Shown here one piece after another: positions 10,501-18,312 of a stretch of DNA of 64,000 bases (the first letter of the stretch is position 1; every line of letters starts with the position of its first letter). The notes beneath the pieces were generated by a model. It made no database searches. It saw only the letters and a program-made list of their open reading frames with translations, and was not told the origin of the DNA. The stretch is from Myxococcota bacterium. Lineage in GTDB: Bacteria; Myxococcota_A; SURF-8. The DNA lies in the NCBI GenBank assembly GCA_963674735.2, contig CAXXQS010000001.1:672001-736000 (forward strand), read 5' to 3'. The position numbers and the translations under genes are program-made.

Positions 10501-11130
10501 AGCGCCTTATCGGGTATGTTGGCCAGCAACGAAGCTTACTATCCCGATAGCGCCATTTTGAGCAATTTCATGGGTAATCACGACGTGGCACGGGCGATTT
10601 CGCAGGCCGATGGTAACATTGGCGATGCGTGGAGTAATCCGCCGGATTTGCCCAACAGTGACCAGCCGTTTGATCGCATGAAACTGGCCTGGAGCTTCTT
10701 GTTCACCATTCCCGGTTTACCGCTGATTTACTACGGTGATGAAATCGGCATGCCCGGTTCGGGCGATCCCGACAATCGCCGCATGATGATGTTCGAACCG
10801 TCGTTGAGCGCGCGACCGCAGGATATGCTGGATCACGTGCGCTTGCTGGGGCAGATTCGGCGCGATCATCCGGTTTTGGCGCGCGGCCTGCGCAGTACCC
10901 TCTATGTGACGTCCACCTTCTGGGCTTACGGATTGCAGTACGGCAGCCAAAAAGCGGTGGTCGTGCTCAATCGATCGAACGGCACGCAAAGCCAATCGGT
11001 CAACCTGTCGTCGCTCGGTATCACGTCGGGGACACTCACCGACCAGTTGAATGGAGGAACGGTCAGTGTGTCGGGTGGTTCGGCCACGATTTCGGTGGAA
11101 CCATACGATGCGCGGATTCTCGTTCCTTGA
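7600..11130 (+). CDS. Lipoprotein alpha-amylase family (GH13) with about 10 EGF-like repeats and a CBM48-like domain
   Basis: ATG 7600 after GAAGGA; lipobox LIVGC; EGF-like array; YIRGEFNGW..YAYKF (CBM48/E-set); GH13 motifs DFVANH, DGFRMDAVKH, VGETF, FMGNHD, PLIYYGDEIG. Confidence 0.92.
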   Translation: MWKNRCETIWTVVGLLTAVLLIVGCGEAGSELDGDGDCSELACGSHGHCVEGAGGAACVCDEGYEGTLCDRCAEGFHWEGDYCMPGGACDDDPCIHGLCVDNSGRAECVCDEGYDGDWCETCAPGYVPDGLLCVPASACDPNPCIHGVCRIGDDGPECLCDTGYAGEFCDECAPSYVEDDGECVPDTENACLPNPCTESHRSRCITDGEGYRCDCDDGYYDDNGVCVEGAGPCLPNPCEEPNRGVCEPAGEDSFVCRCDVGYHEENGECVESSACEPNPCNIVNRTICVEAQDGHECLCDPNYHLEVDLCVADDACHPNPCEDPNRTWCVETPGTYDCQCDPGYHDDAGSCAEDTVCNPVTTCTGRGACTGNGLECACGEGYAGDHCEICDDGYYESNNHICMLRTPCQPNPCNIVHTTDCRVVGDDGYECGCDDGYQDVDDNDTCLPDCSTAALDCGAFGGCEIVAGMASCVCEQGFGGTACDIRGCTTEIVYRDTSGTIQNLYIRGEFNGWGEQDKMTKDGDTFHIVLDLSPGDYAYKFWDKDHDTWFRDEQNPYTMWVGDSRNSRLRVFDCDEPMLVLSDEPVVGADSISFDVQFIRGNGRDALDSSSVTVTRSGASYSATYDEATRRFSVRDTSLDPGKYGYLFKAADTAGHPARPLFAPLWVENTDFDWRDGIIYFTMTDRFKNGDAGNDQTAGVEWAAEWQGGDFAGIIDKLEDGYFESLGVNVLWISSISENTPGTGAGMSDGHMYSGYHSYWPISSGWTDDNPLAGVEPVDPHFGDLDEFRELVEAAHARGIRVLVDFVANHVHASHPFYVDHQNDGWFHMPPRMCGDSTGGQSNWDVIPIECWFTDYLPDLEYKSLDVTKAMTDHAVWLVQETNIDGFRMDAVKHMIHDIGWTLRARIDEEVDTTGDTRFYMVGETFTGEGQEDLILAYIGEDELDGQFDFPLYWNVMAAFLHESRDLSALSGMLASNEAYYPDSAILSNFMGNHDVARAISQADGNIGDAWSNPPDLPNSDQPFDRMKLAWSFLFTIPGLPLIYYGDEIGMPGSGDPDNRRMMMFEPSLSARPQDMLDHVRLLGQIRRDHPVLARGLRSTLYVTSTFWAYGLQYGSQKAVVVLNRSNGTQSQSVNLSSLGITSGTLTDQLNGGTVSVSGGSATISVEPYDARILVP
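7711..9048 (+). repeat. Array of about 10 EGF-like Cys modules (6-Cys and 8-Cys types)
   Basis: Repeated C-x-PNP-C...C-x-C-x-x-GY...C units counted in the translation. Confidence 0.9.
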
Positions 11131-11144
11131 GTGGAGGTTGACTG

Positions 11145-13799
11145 ATGCGGTGGATTGCAGTGATCGGATGGATTGCGTGGACGGTGACGCTGTTTTCCTG
11201 CGATGAAAGCGGGCAGGATGGCGACTCTCCCTGTTTCGGCATCGACTGTTCGTCTCATGGCGTGTGCGTGGAAGATGGGGATGCTTTTATTTGTGAATGC
11301 CACGGCGGTTACACCGGGGAGCTTTGCGAGCTCTGCGAAATCGGTTTGGTGATGGTTGAGGGACAATGCGTTCCTGCTGGCGAGAGTCCATGCATTCCCA
11401 ACCCCTGTGAACATGGAACCTGTTCGGTCCAGGACGACGGGATTTCGATTGCCTGCGAATGCATGCAAGGCTTTGCAGGGGATCTATGCGATCGCTGTGC
11501 CGACGACTACCTCGACGATGGCTCGGGTGACTGCATCGCGGTCGACGGCGATAATCCTGCCGATGGAGACGTTCCAGACGGCGACAGCTCGGATGGCGAT
11601 ATGTCCGATGGTGATTTTTTAGACGGCGATACTGATGGCGATACCGAGGGTGATTTCGATGTCGAGGATGTGGATGTCTGCATTCCCAATCCCTGCACCG
11701 ATCTGCACAAAACCGTTTGTGTGCCCAACGATGATACCTTTTCTTGTTCCTGCGAACCGGGCTATTCGGAAACGGCAGGCCTATGCGTTCCCGACTGCGA
11801 TGTCGAGGCTGGATTGTGCAGCGCCGCCCACGACTCGGCCCCCAAACTTGTTAGTGCTAACGGATATTCCGCCGTCGCCTGGGACAAGACCTCACGCAAA
11901 ATCGACACGTTTCTCGAACATATGTACCGCAATTGGGATGAGGATGTGTGGACGCGCGACTTGCTCTTCGATAGTTATTTCGGGCTGCGCTACGACGGGA
12001 CGGGCAAATGGCTCGACACGGTCGAGCCGTTGCATGTCGGGTATTTGCGCGAAAGCGGTGTCATTCACCTTGTACGCGACCTGAGCGGACTACGGGTCGA
12101 GACCTTCGTTTACGCGCCTTTCGAGATCGATGCAGCGGCGATGGTGATGTTGATCAAAGTAACCAACACCCGCAGCCAAGCAGCGGATGTGTCGCTGTAT
12201 TCGTTGCACAATGCCCATCTCGGTTACACCAGCGCGGAAGATCCGGTCAATCCCGATGCCGAGGATGAAAGCATCATTCGCGATGCCAGCGGCGCATGGG
12301 TGGAAAAGGGCGTTGGCGGAACGCTTGTCTATCGCTCGTTCGAACTACCCAGCCATGCCGGATGCTCACCCCAGAATCCCTATCAGGCTTTGCTCGATGG
12401 GCATGATCTAGCCGACAATACCGGCGATGTCGCGGTTGGAGACGATCGTGTGGCAGGCTTCCAAAAAGATGTCCACCTGGAACCGGGCTCCATCGGCTGG
12501 TTCGGTGTCGCGATGGCCTATCATCCGGGTGATGACGCGGTGTCCCTTTTAGCGAAACTTGAAACCGTATATGGCGATAAAACATCCGAAACGGTACTGG
12601 CCGAAGCCGTCGATGCCTGGGAGACTTGGCGTGTCGCGCCTCCCGCCGGGCTGTCACCGGCCGAACTTGCCGTCTACCGGCAATCGGAAGCGGTATTGCG
12701 GATGGGGCAGGTACGCGAGAACTCCGATTTGTCGTATGGTCAGATTTTGGCATCCATGCCGCCGGGCAATTGGAATATCTGCTGGATGCGCGATATGGCC
12801 TACGCCATTGTGGCATTGGCACGAAGTGGGCATGCCGTCGAGGCGCGCGCGGCGCTGGAATTCGTCTTGAATGCGGACAGTGGCTACTATGAAAGTTATA
12901 GCGGTGTGCCCTATCAGGTGACTATCACGCGCTATTTCGGGCGTGGAAAAGAAGAGACCGACTCCAACGAAAACGGGCCCAACATCGAATACGACGGATT
13001 CGGATTGTTTTTATGGGCCCTGGCCGAAACGATGGCTGCCGAAGGCGATACAAGCCTGCTTGACGACAACTGGGTTGTCGTACGGGACAAAATCGCCGGG
13101 GCGTTGGTCGATCTTGTCGATGACTCCAACATGATCGGCCCGGACAGCTCCATCTGGGAGGTCCACTGGAACGGCCAGCAAAAGCACTACAGCTATACAA
13201 CTCTCACGGCTGCCAATGGATTGTGTGCCATTTCTCCTGCGGTGCGTTCGTTAGGCCATGGTGTGGAAGCCGATTTCTACGAAACAGCCGCAGCCGGATT
13301 GCGTAATGCTCTGAAGGCCGGTTGTGTCGACAACGCCAATGTCTTGGCCAGTTCTATCGAAGAGTTGACCAATGGTTGGGGGCATTACGATGTCGCGACA
13401 GTGGAAGCCTTCAATTGGCCGATTCTCGATCCATCGGGGGGAGTGGCCGACGCGACTTTTGCCATGTATGACAGCCACCTCCAAGTGGCCAGCGGCCACG
13501 GCTATTTTCGTAACGACGACGGCGGTTGGTATGATTCGCAGGAATGGGTTTTCGTCGATCTGCGAGCGGCGCGGGCGTTGCGTCGTGCCGGGGAAACCGC
13601 TAAAGCCGATGCTCTGCTCGATTGGATCACCGCACAGGCCTTGGCCAACCAGGGGCTTATCAGCGAATTGCACCATCCCACCAGCGGAGACTACGAAGGC
13701 GAATATCCCATGGTCGGCTTCGGAGCCGGAGCCTATCTTCTGGCGATCTTCGAACGACTCGATCCATCGGCCGTATCTGCCGCTTGCGGGGATTGGTAG
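11145..13799 (+). CDS. Lipoprotein glucoamylase/glucodextranase family (GH15) with 3 EGF-like modules and a DGD linker
   Basis: GGAGG RBS; lipobox LFSC; GH15 motifs WNICWMRD, DSSIWEVHW (acid Glu), GLISEL (base Glu). Confidence 0.88.
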   Translation: MRWIAVIGWIAWTVTLFSCDESGQDGDSPCFGIDCSSHGVCVEDGDAFICECHGGYTGELCELCEIGLVMVEGQCVPAGESPCIPNPCEHGTCSVQDDGISIACECMQGFAGDLCDRCADDYLDDGSGDCIAVDGDNPADGDVPDGDSSDGDMSDGDFLDGDTDGDTEGDFDVEDVDVCIPNPCTDLHKTVCVPNDDTFSCSCEPGYSETAGLCVPDCDVEAGLCSAAHDSAPKLVSANGYSAVAWDKTSRKIDTFLEHMYRNWDEDVWTRDLLFDSYFGLRYDGTGKWLDTVEPLHVGYLRESGVIHLVRDLSGLRVETFVYAPFEIDAAAMVMLIKVTNTRSQAADVSLYSLHNAHLGYTSAEDPVNPDAEDESIIRDASGAWVEKGVGGTLVYRSFELPSHAGCSPQNPYQALLDGHDLADNTGDVAVGDDRVAGFQKDVHLEPGSIGWFGVAMAYHPGDDAVSLLAKLETVYGDKTSETVLAEAVDAWETWRVAPPAGLSPAELAVYRQSEAVLRMGQVRENSDLSYGQILASMPPGNWNICWMRDMAYAIVALARSGHAVEARAALEFVLNADSGYYESYSGVPYQVTITRYFGRGKEETDSNENGPNIEYDGFGLFLWALAETMAAEGDTSLLDDNWVVVRDKIAGALVDLVDDSNMIGPDSSIWEVHWNGQQKHYSYTTLTAANGLCAISPAVRSLGHGVEADFYETAAAGLRNALKAGCVDNANVLASSIEELTNGWGHYDVATVEAFNWPILDPSGGVADATFAMYDSHLQVASGHGYFRNDDGGWYDSQEWVFVDLRAARALRRAGETAKADALLDWITAQALANQGLISELHHPTSGDYEGEYPMVGFGAGAYLLAIFERLDPSAVSAACGDW
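11544..11660 (+). repeat. Coding DGD-xx repeat linker
   Basis: DGDNPA DGDVP DGDSS DGDMS DGDFL DGDT DGDT EGDFD. Confidence 0.9.
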
Positions 13800-13808
13800 G
13801 CCGACGAG

Positions 13809-15986
13809 ATGGCAGATTGTCGCGTAAAATATGTGTGCATATCTGTTGTTGCACTATGTGTGATAGGGCTGGTTGCCTGCGACAACGACAAAGGAAATTT
13901 AAGTGATTATCGGCGCGATTGCCGTTTGACAGTAGTTTATGAACCGACCCCCGGTGAATCCCCTCCCTTCGATCTCATTGGTGATTTCAATGACTGGCAG
14001 CCCGGTCAAACACGCCTTCGCGACGCCGATGGCGATGGCTTGTACGTCGCGCGTCTCGATCTGCCGCCAGGACCGGTGTTTTATCGTCTGCGTATCAATG
14101 GTGAAGACCGTCTGGATACCGGCAATCCCCTCACCGCATATGATGAAAACGGCGTCGAGCAGTCTTTCGCGCGCATTGCGGATTGTTCGACGCCTGCGTT
14201 GCGTGTCGGCGACGTCGGTGTTGTCGATAGCCGAATCGAGGCCACGGCGGCTTTTCTGCGGGTGGAACTGGATTCGCCGTTGGCCGTTGATTCTGTGCAG
14301 GCACTGGCTCGCGGTGGGGCGGTTCTGGACGTCACGGCGGAGGCTGATCCGGGGACTTTGGTTATACAGGGGGCACTGCCTCTCGGAAAGTCGTGGATCG
14401 ATATCCGCGCGGAAGATAGGGATGGTCGCCCGGCCGAGGTTTCATTTCCGGTCTGGAACGAAGCAACGCCTTTTACCTGGCGCGATGCGGTGATCTATCA
14501 GGTGGTGGTGGATCGCTTTCGGCGCGGTGGTGGGTCGCTCGATGCGTCGGCTTCCATTGCACAATATCAGGGCGGCGATCTCGATGGTGTGCGCGAGGCG
14601 GTGGAAGAAGGCTACTTCGAATCGTTGGGTGCAAACGTGCTATGGCTGTCGCCGCTTTATGACAATCCGGATGGGAGTTATCTGGGGCTCGATAATCGCT
14701 GGTACGAAGCCTATCATGGCTATTGGCCCATTGCTCCACGAACGGTGGAAGCGCGTTTCGGCGGACCCGAGGCGCTGGATCGGCTGGTGGCGGCGTGTCA
14801 CGAGCGAGGCATCCGAGTTCTGATGGATTTGGTTCCCAATCATGTGCATGTCGATCATCCCTATTTCATCGACCATGCCGCCGACGGCTGGTTCAACGCT
14901 CCCGATGGGTCGTGTGTTTGCGGGCGGGGAACATGTAGCTGGGCGGACGATATCGAGCGGTGTTGGTTTACGGAATATCTGCCCGATCTGGATTTTAAAA
15001 ACTTAGAGGTGATCGAGCAATCGTGTTCCGATGCCGTGGCTTGGTTGACACGCTTCGATTTGGACGGTTTTCGCATCGATGCCGTTCCCATGATGCCGCG
15101 TCTCGCCACTCGCCATTTGCGTGACGCTCTGCACGTGGCAGGCGAACTTGGCAACGAACGAGTCTTTTTATTAGGTGAAACTTACACCGGAGCAACGGGA
15201 CATGGAAAAATCCGCTGGTATCTCGGTCCGCAAGGATTGGACGGCCAATTCGATTTTCCACTTATGTGGGTGCTCCGTGAAACCATTGCCCATGGAAATG
15301 GTAATATGATGGATCTCGAAAACATCATTGCCGAAAGCGAAGCAGCTTGGGCCGGAGCGGATGCGCACATGGGGTTGATCGTCGGCAATCATGACGTCAC
15401 GCGTTTTATTTCCGAGGCGGCGGGTGATGATACTTCGGATGCCTGGGGATCGCCGCCGCCGACGCCTTCGAGTTCAGGGGTCTTTGCCAAATTGAGGTTG
15501 GCCTACACGGTAATCATGACTTTGGCCGGGGCTCCGATCATCTACTATGGCGATGAGGTCGGATTGGCCGGGGCCGGAGATCCCGATTGCCGTCGGCCAT
15601 TTCCCAATAAAAACGAGCTTTCAGACCTTGCGCAAGCGTTGCGGCGAGACGTGGGGCGTTTGGCACGTGCGCGTTCTTTTTCGTGGGCTTTACGCGGCGG
15701 AGCCCGGCAGGCGCTCAAAATCGAAGACGATACCTACGTCTATATGCGTCTTGCTCCGGGAACCGATCTGGCGGTTGTGGCTCTCAATCGAGGAGCCAAA
15801 GCGACGCAAATCACGTTTGATATCCCGCCGCAAGCACAGTCGATCATCTCTGACGCACTTGTGGATTTGTTCGGAACGGAGGTCGCTTGGTCGGGGACGA
15901 CAGTCTCCTTGACACTTCCTCCTCGTTCCGCAGCGCTCTTACTTCCTCCCGGAGTGATGGCCAAATTGGAGAATGACGAACCATGA
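13809..15986 (+). CDS. Lipoprotein alpha-amylase family (GH13) with a CBM48-like domain and no EGF stalk
   Basis: Lipobox LVAC; LIGDFNDW; DLVPNH, DGFRIDAVPMM, LGETY, VGNHD, PIIYYGDEVG. Confidence 0.9.
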   Translation: MADCRVKYVCISVVALCVIGLVACDNDKGNLSDYRRDCRLTVVYEPTPGESPPFDLIGDFNDWQPGQTRLRDADGDGLYVARLDLPPGPVFYRLRINGEDRLDTGNPLTAYDENGVEQSFARIADCSTPALRVGDVGVVDSRIEATAAFLRVELDSPLAVDSVQALARGGAVLDVTAEADPGTLVIQGALPLGKSWIDIRAEDRDGRPAEVSFPVWNEATPFTWRDAVIYQVVVDRFRRGGGSLDASASIAQYQGGDLDGVREAVEEGYFESLGANVLWLSPLYDNPDGSYLGLDNRWYEAYHGYWPIAPRTVEARFGGPEALDRLVAACHERGIRVLMDLVPNHVHVDHPYFIDHAADGWFNAPDGSCVCGRGTCSWADDIERCWFTEYLPDLDFKNLEVIEQSCSDAVAWLTRFDLDGFRIDAVPMMPRLATRHLRDALHVAGELGNERVFLLGETYTGATGHGKIRWYLGPQGLDGQFDFPLMWVLRETIAHGNGNMMDLENIIAESEAAWAGADAHMGLIVGNHDVTRFISEAAGDDTSDAWGSPPPTPSSSGVFAKLRLAYTVIMTLAGAPIIYYGDEVGLAGAGDPDCRRPFPNKNELSDLAQALRRDVGRLARARSFSWALRGGARQALKIEDDTYVYMRLAPGTDLAVVALNRGAKATQITFDIPPQAQSIISDALVDLFGTEVAWSGTTVSLTLPPRSAALLLPPGVMAKLENDEP

Positions 15987-16363
15987 AACGACAGTTCTAT
16001 TTGATTGTCTTGATGCTGATGTTGGGAGCGATCCTCCTGTTGTCGGTTGCCTGCGGTGATGGTGGGGACGACCCGGACGGCGATAGCTCGGATTGGGAGG
16101 ACGGTGATGTGGACCGGGTGGATGTATGGGATCCCGGAGACTCTCCCGATGGTGACGATTGTGGATATTCAGGTGGATATGGGAGCGATTGCCAACCCGA
16201 GGGCGAAGGGGTCGACTGTACCCGAAACCCTTGTGTGTATGGAGTTTGTCGTACGGTTAACGGCAAAGGGGTTTGCGATTGTTCGACCGGCTATACCGGC
16301 AGATTTTGCGATGCCTGTGCCGAGAGTTACGTGGCGCGCAATCTTGAGTGCGTCCCGGAATGA
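15983..16363 (+). CDS. Small lipoprotein made of a DGD linker and one EGF-like module
   Basis: ATGA overlap with the upstream stop; lipobox SVAC; CTRNPCVYGVC..CDCSTGYTGRFCDAC..C. Confidence 0.85.
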   Translation: MKRQFYLIVLMLMLGAILLLSVACGDGGDDPDGDSSDWEDGDVDRVDVWDPGDSPDGDDCGYSGGYGSDCQPEGEGVDCTRNPCVYGVCRTVNGKGVCDCSTGYTGRFCDACAESYVARNLECVPE

Positions 16364-16399
16364 TGGGGGGGGTGATCGGACCTGTTAACGGTTTCCGAA

Positions 16400-17293
16400 T
16401 CATTTCCGGAAATGCAGTGAATGCTCAAGTTCTTCAGCCTGCTGCCGATTTATCAAACCGCGACTTTGCATGTTTTCAAACTGACTTTGCAGGTTGGGCT
16501 CACTGACGCTTGATTTCCATTCCTGAGCTGTTTCCAACACAACGCTTTTGTCAAGATAACCAGAAATCCACAGATGAATTGCCATTTGAAACGGACTCTG
16601 ACATGCGGTCAAAACAGGTCCGAAAATCTTGTAGTCTGCGGGATTCGTTCCCATACTGAGATAAATATAGATCTGTTTTACGCAGTTCCCAGGGTAGCCA
16701 ACCGCTTTTGCTGCAGAGAGGACATCGGCAATCGTTTCAGGTGGGCAGCCTTCCTGATGCAGAGTATTTTCGAGATTGAAATCGTCCAGTTCGCCGGACA
16801 ACCGGCGTGCATACAGTGAATAGGCCAGCGCGTCCTGTTCGGTATCGTCGCCGATCAATATTTCAGTACACCGTTTAGGCAGGTGTTGGCGTTGATGAAA
16901 CAGAGCTGCCAGCTTGTAGGGCAGCTGCATCTTCAACCAGCGGGGTTTCCGGCGGCGGACGATCAGGTCTTGCCAGTCCTTGAAGGTGATACCGTCATAT
17001 TGCACGCCGTCCAAAAGCATTTTTCGGGATAATGCTTTAAACAGGAAAAGAGGGCTGGCCGTAATAAAATAGAGTGGTGTCAATCCCGGTTCGAAAATGC
17101 GCAATCCCTTTAAAAGAGGCGTCATTCCGATCATTGCGTGCTTATCCTCACCCCATTCCAGGGGAATACGCAGGAGCCCTTTCATTGAGTGGAAGTCGGT
17201 GTCGAGATAGGTTTTATCCACATCGCACGTAACGACTAAGCCAGCATATTCGTCATCCAACAAACGGTGGTTGATGCGTTTGAGGGGAAACAT
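16400..17293 (-). CDS. HAD-superfamily phosphatase, App1/LNS2 (phosphatidate phosphatase)-like
   Basis: DVDKT (DxDxT), ITASP and IGDDTEQD motifs; TGATG coupling to the upstream gene. Confidence 0.75.
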   Translation of the reverse strand: MFPLKRINHRLLDDEYAGLVVTCDVDKTYLDTDFHSMKGLLRIPLEWGEDKHAMIGMTPLLKGLRIFEPGLTPLYFITASPLFLFKALSRKMLLDGVQYDGITFKDWQDLIVRRRKPRWLKMQLPYKLAALFHQRQHLPKRCTEILIGDDTEQDALAYSLYARRLSGELDDFNLENTLHQEGCPPETIADVLSAAKAVGYPGNCVKQIYIYLSMGTNPADYKIFGPVLTACQSPFQMAIHLWISGYLDKSVVLETAQEWKSSVSEPNLQSQFENMQSRGLINRQQAEELEHSLHFRK

Positions 17294-18279
17294 CAGATCG
17301 ACTTTTCCTTGCCTCCCGGCGGTGCAAGAGTGGGAATAGGCAGGGATTCGTTTGATATGTCGAACACTGGATCTTGCTCCAGTCCGGTTGCCGTGGACAA
17401 AATCTCACTGACCGCTTTCTCTGCAGGATATCGTTTGTGAATGATATTTTGAAGAGCGAAAAGAATCGGGGTTGGAACTCCCGTTTTTCGTGCCACTCTG
17501 GTGCTGGCGTCCAGAGTGCATAAGGCTTCCTTATATCGATCCCCGTCATCTGGGAATTGCCCGACAGCGATCTGGTTGCCTGCTTCAATCAGCGGATGTG
17601 TCTTGTCTGTGAGTGCGGCAGTCACTTCTCCAAGACCGGATAAGCCGGAAAAAGTCGCAGCTTTCGCTCCGGTGACGACCCCGAGGCGGGTCATTTCCGT
17701 CAAGCTGCGGGTTATAATCAGGGCCAGCGTCCCCGAACCAAAACCCAACCTGTCGGCGATGCCCAGCGCTAAGATGAAGACTTGCCCGAGCGCTGCTCCA
17801 AGTTCGATTCCTTCCATGTCGGCATTCTTGAAGATCATGACGTTGGGTGCGGAAAAGAGTTTCTTGGATACCCGTGCAACTTCAGGAAAATGGGAAGCGA
17901 CGACCACGCCGGAAGGTGACGTATCATCAAGAGCCGGTCCGGTTACAATGCCGATTTTCTTTAGGCAGGTGTGTTTGCGAATGATCGTCGAGCTGGTCTG
18001 AAATGAATTCCGGTCTACTTGGAGACCGCGGGCAGTATGCAAAAGTATCTGATCGCCTGTCACAAATGGTGATATGGAAAGCGCCGTAGCTGCCAGTTGC
18101 TGGAAGGGAGTCGCTAATAGAATGACCGCTGAGCCTTCTAATGTCGTTTGAGCGTTAGAAGGTGGATTTTCGATTTCATGCCAATAGGAGACTTTCGCTC
18201 CACCTTTTTCGGCAATGGATGCCAGCGCTAGTCCGAAGGGCGTTTGGCCGATGACCGCGATATGGTTTGGCATGGTCAT
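17293..18279 (-). CDS. NAD(P)H-dependent glycerol-3-phosphate dehydrogenase (GpsA) homologue, probably catalytically inactive
   Basis: Aligns with GpsA (GIELGAAL, ALIITRSLTEMTRLG, TFSGLSGLG), but the GxGxxG, KN and SRN motifs are substituted. Confidence 0.8.
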   Translation of the reverse strand: MTMPNHIAVIGQTPFGLALASIAEKGGAKVSYWHEIENPPSNAQTTLEGSAVILLATPFQQLAATALSISPFVTGDQILLHTARGLQVDRNSFQTSSTIIRKHTCLKKIGIVTGPALDDTSPSGVVVASHFPEVARVSKKLFSAPNVMIFKNADMEGIELGAALGQVFILALGIADRLGFGSGTLALIITRSLTEMTRLGVVTGAKAATFSGLSGLGEVTAALTDKTHPLIEAGNQIAVGQFPDDGDRYKEALCTLDASTRVARKTGVPTPILFALQNIIHKRYPAEKAVSEILSTATGLEQDPVFDISNESLPIPTLAPPGGKEKSI

Positions 18280-18312
18280 TGTGGTTTCCTTTTCAACTCG
18301 ATCCAGTCAAAA

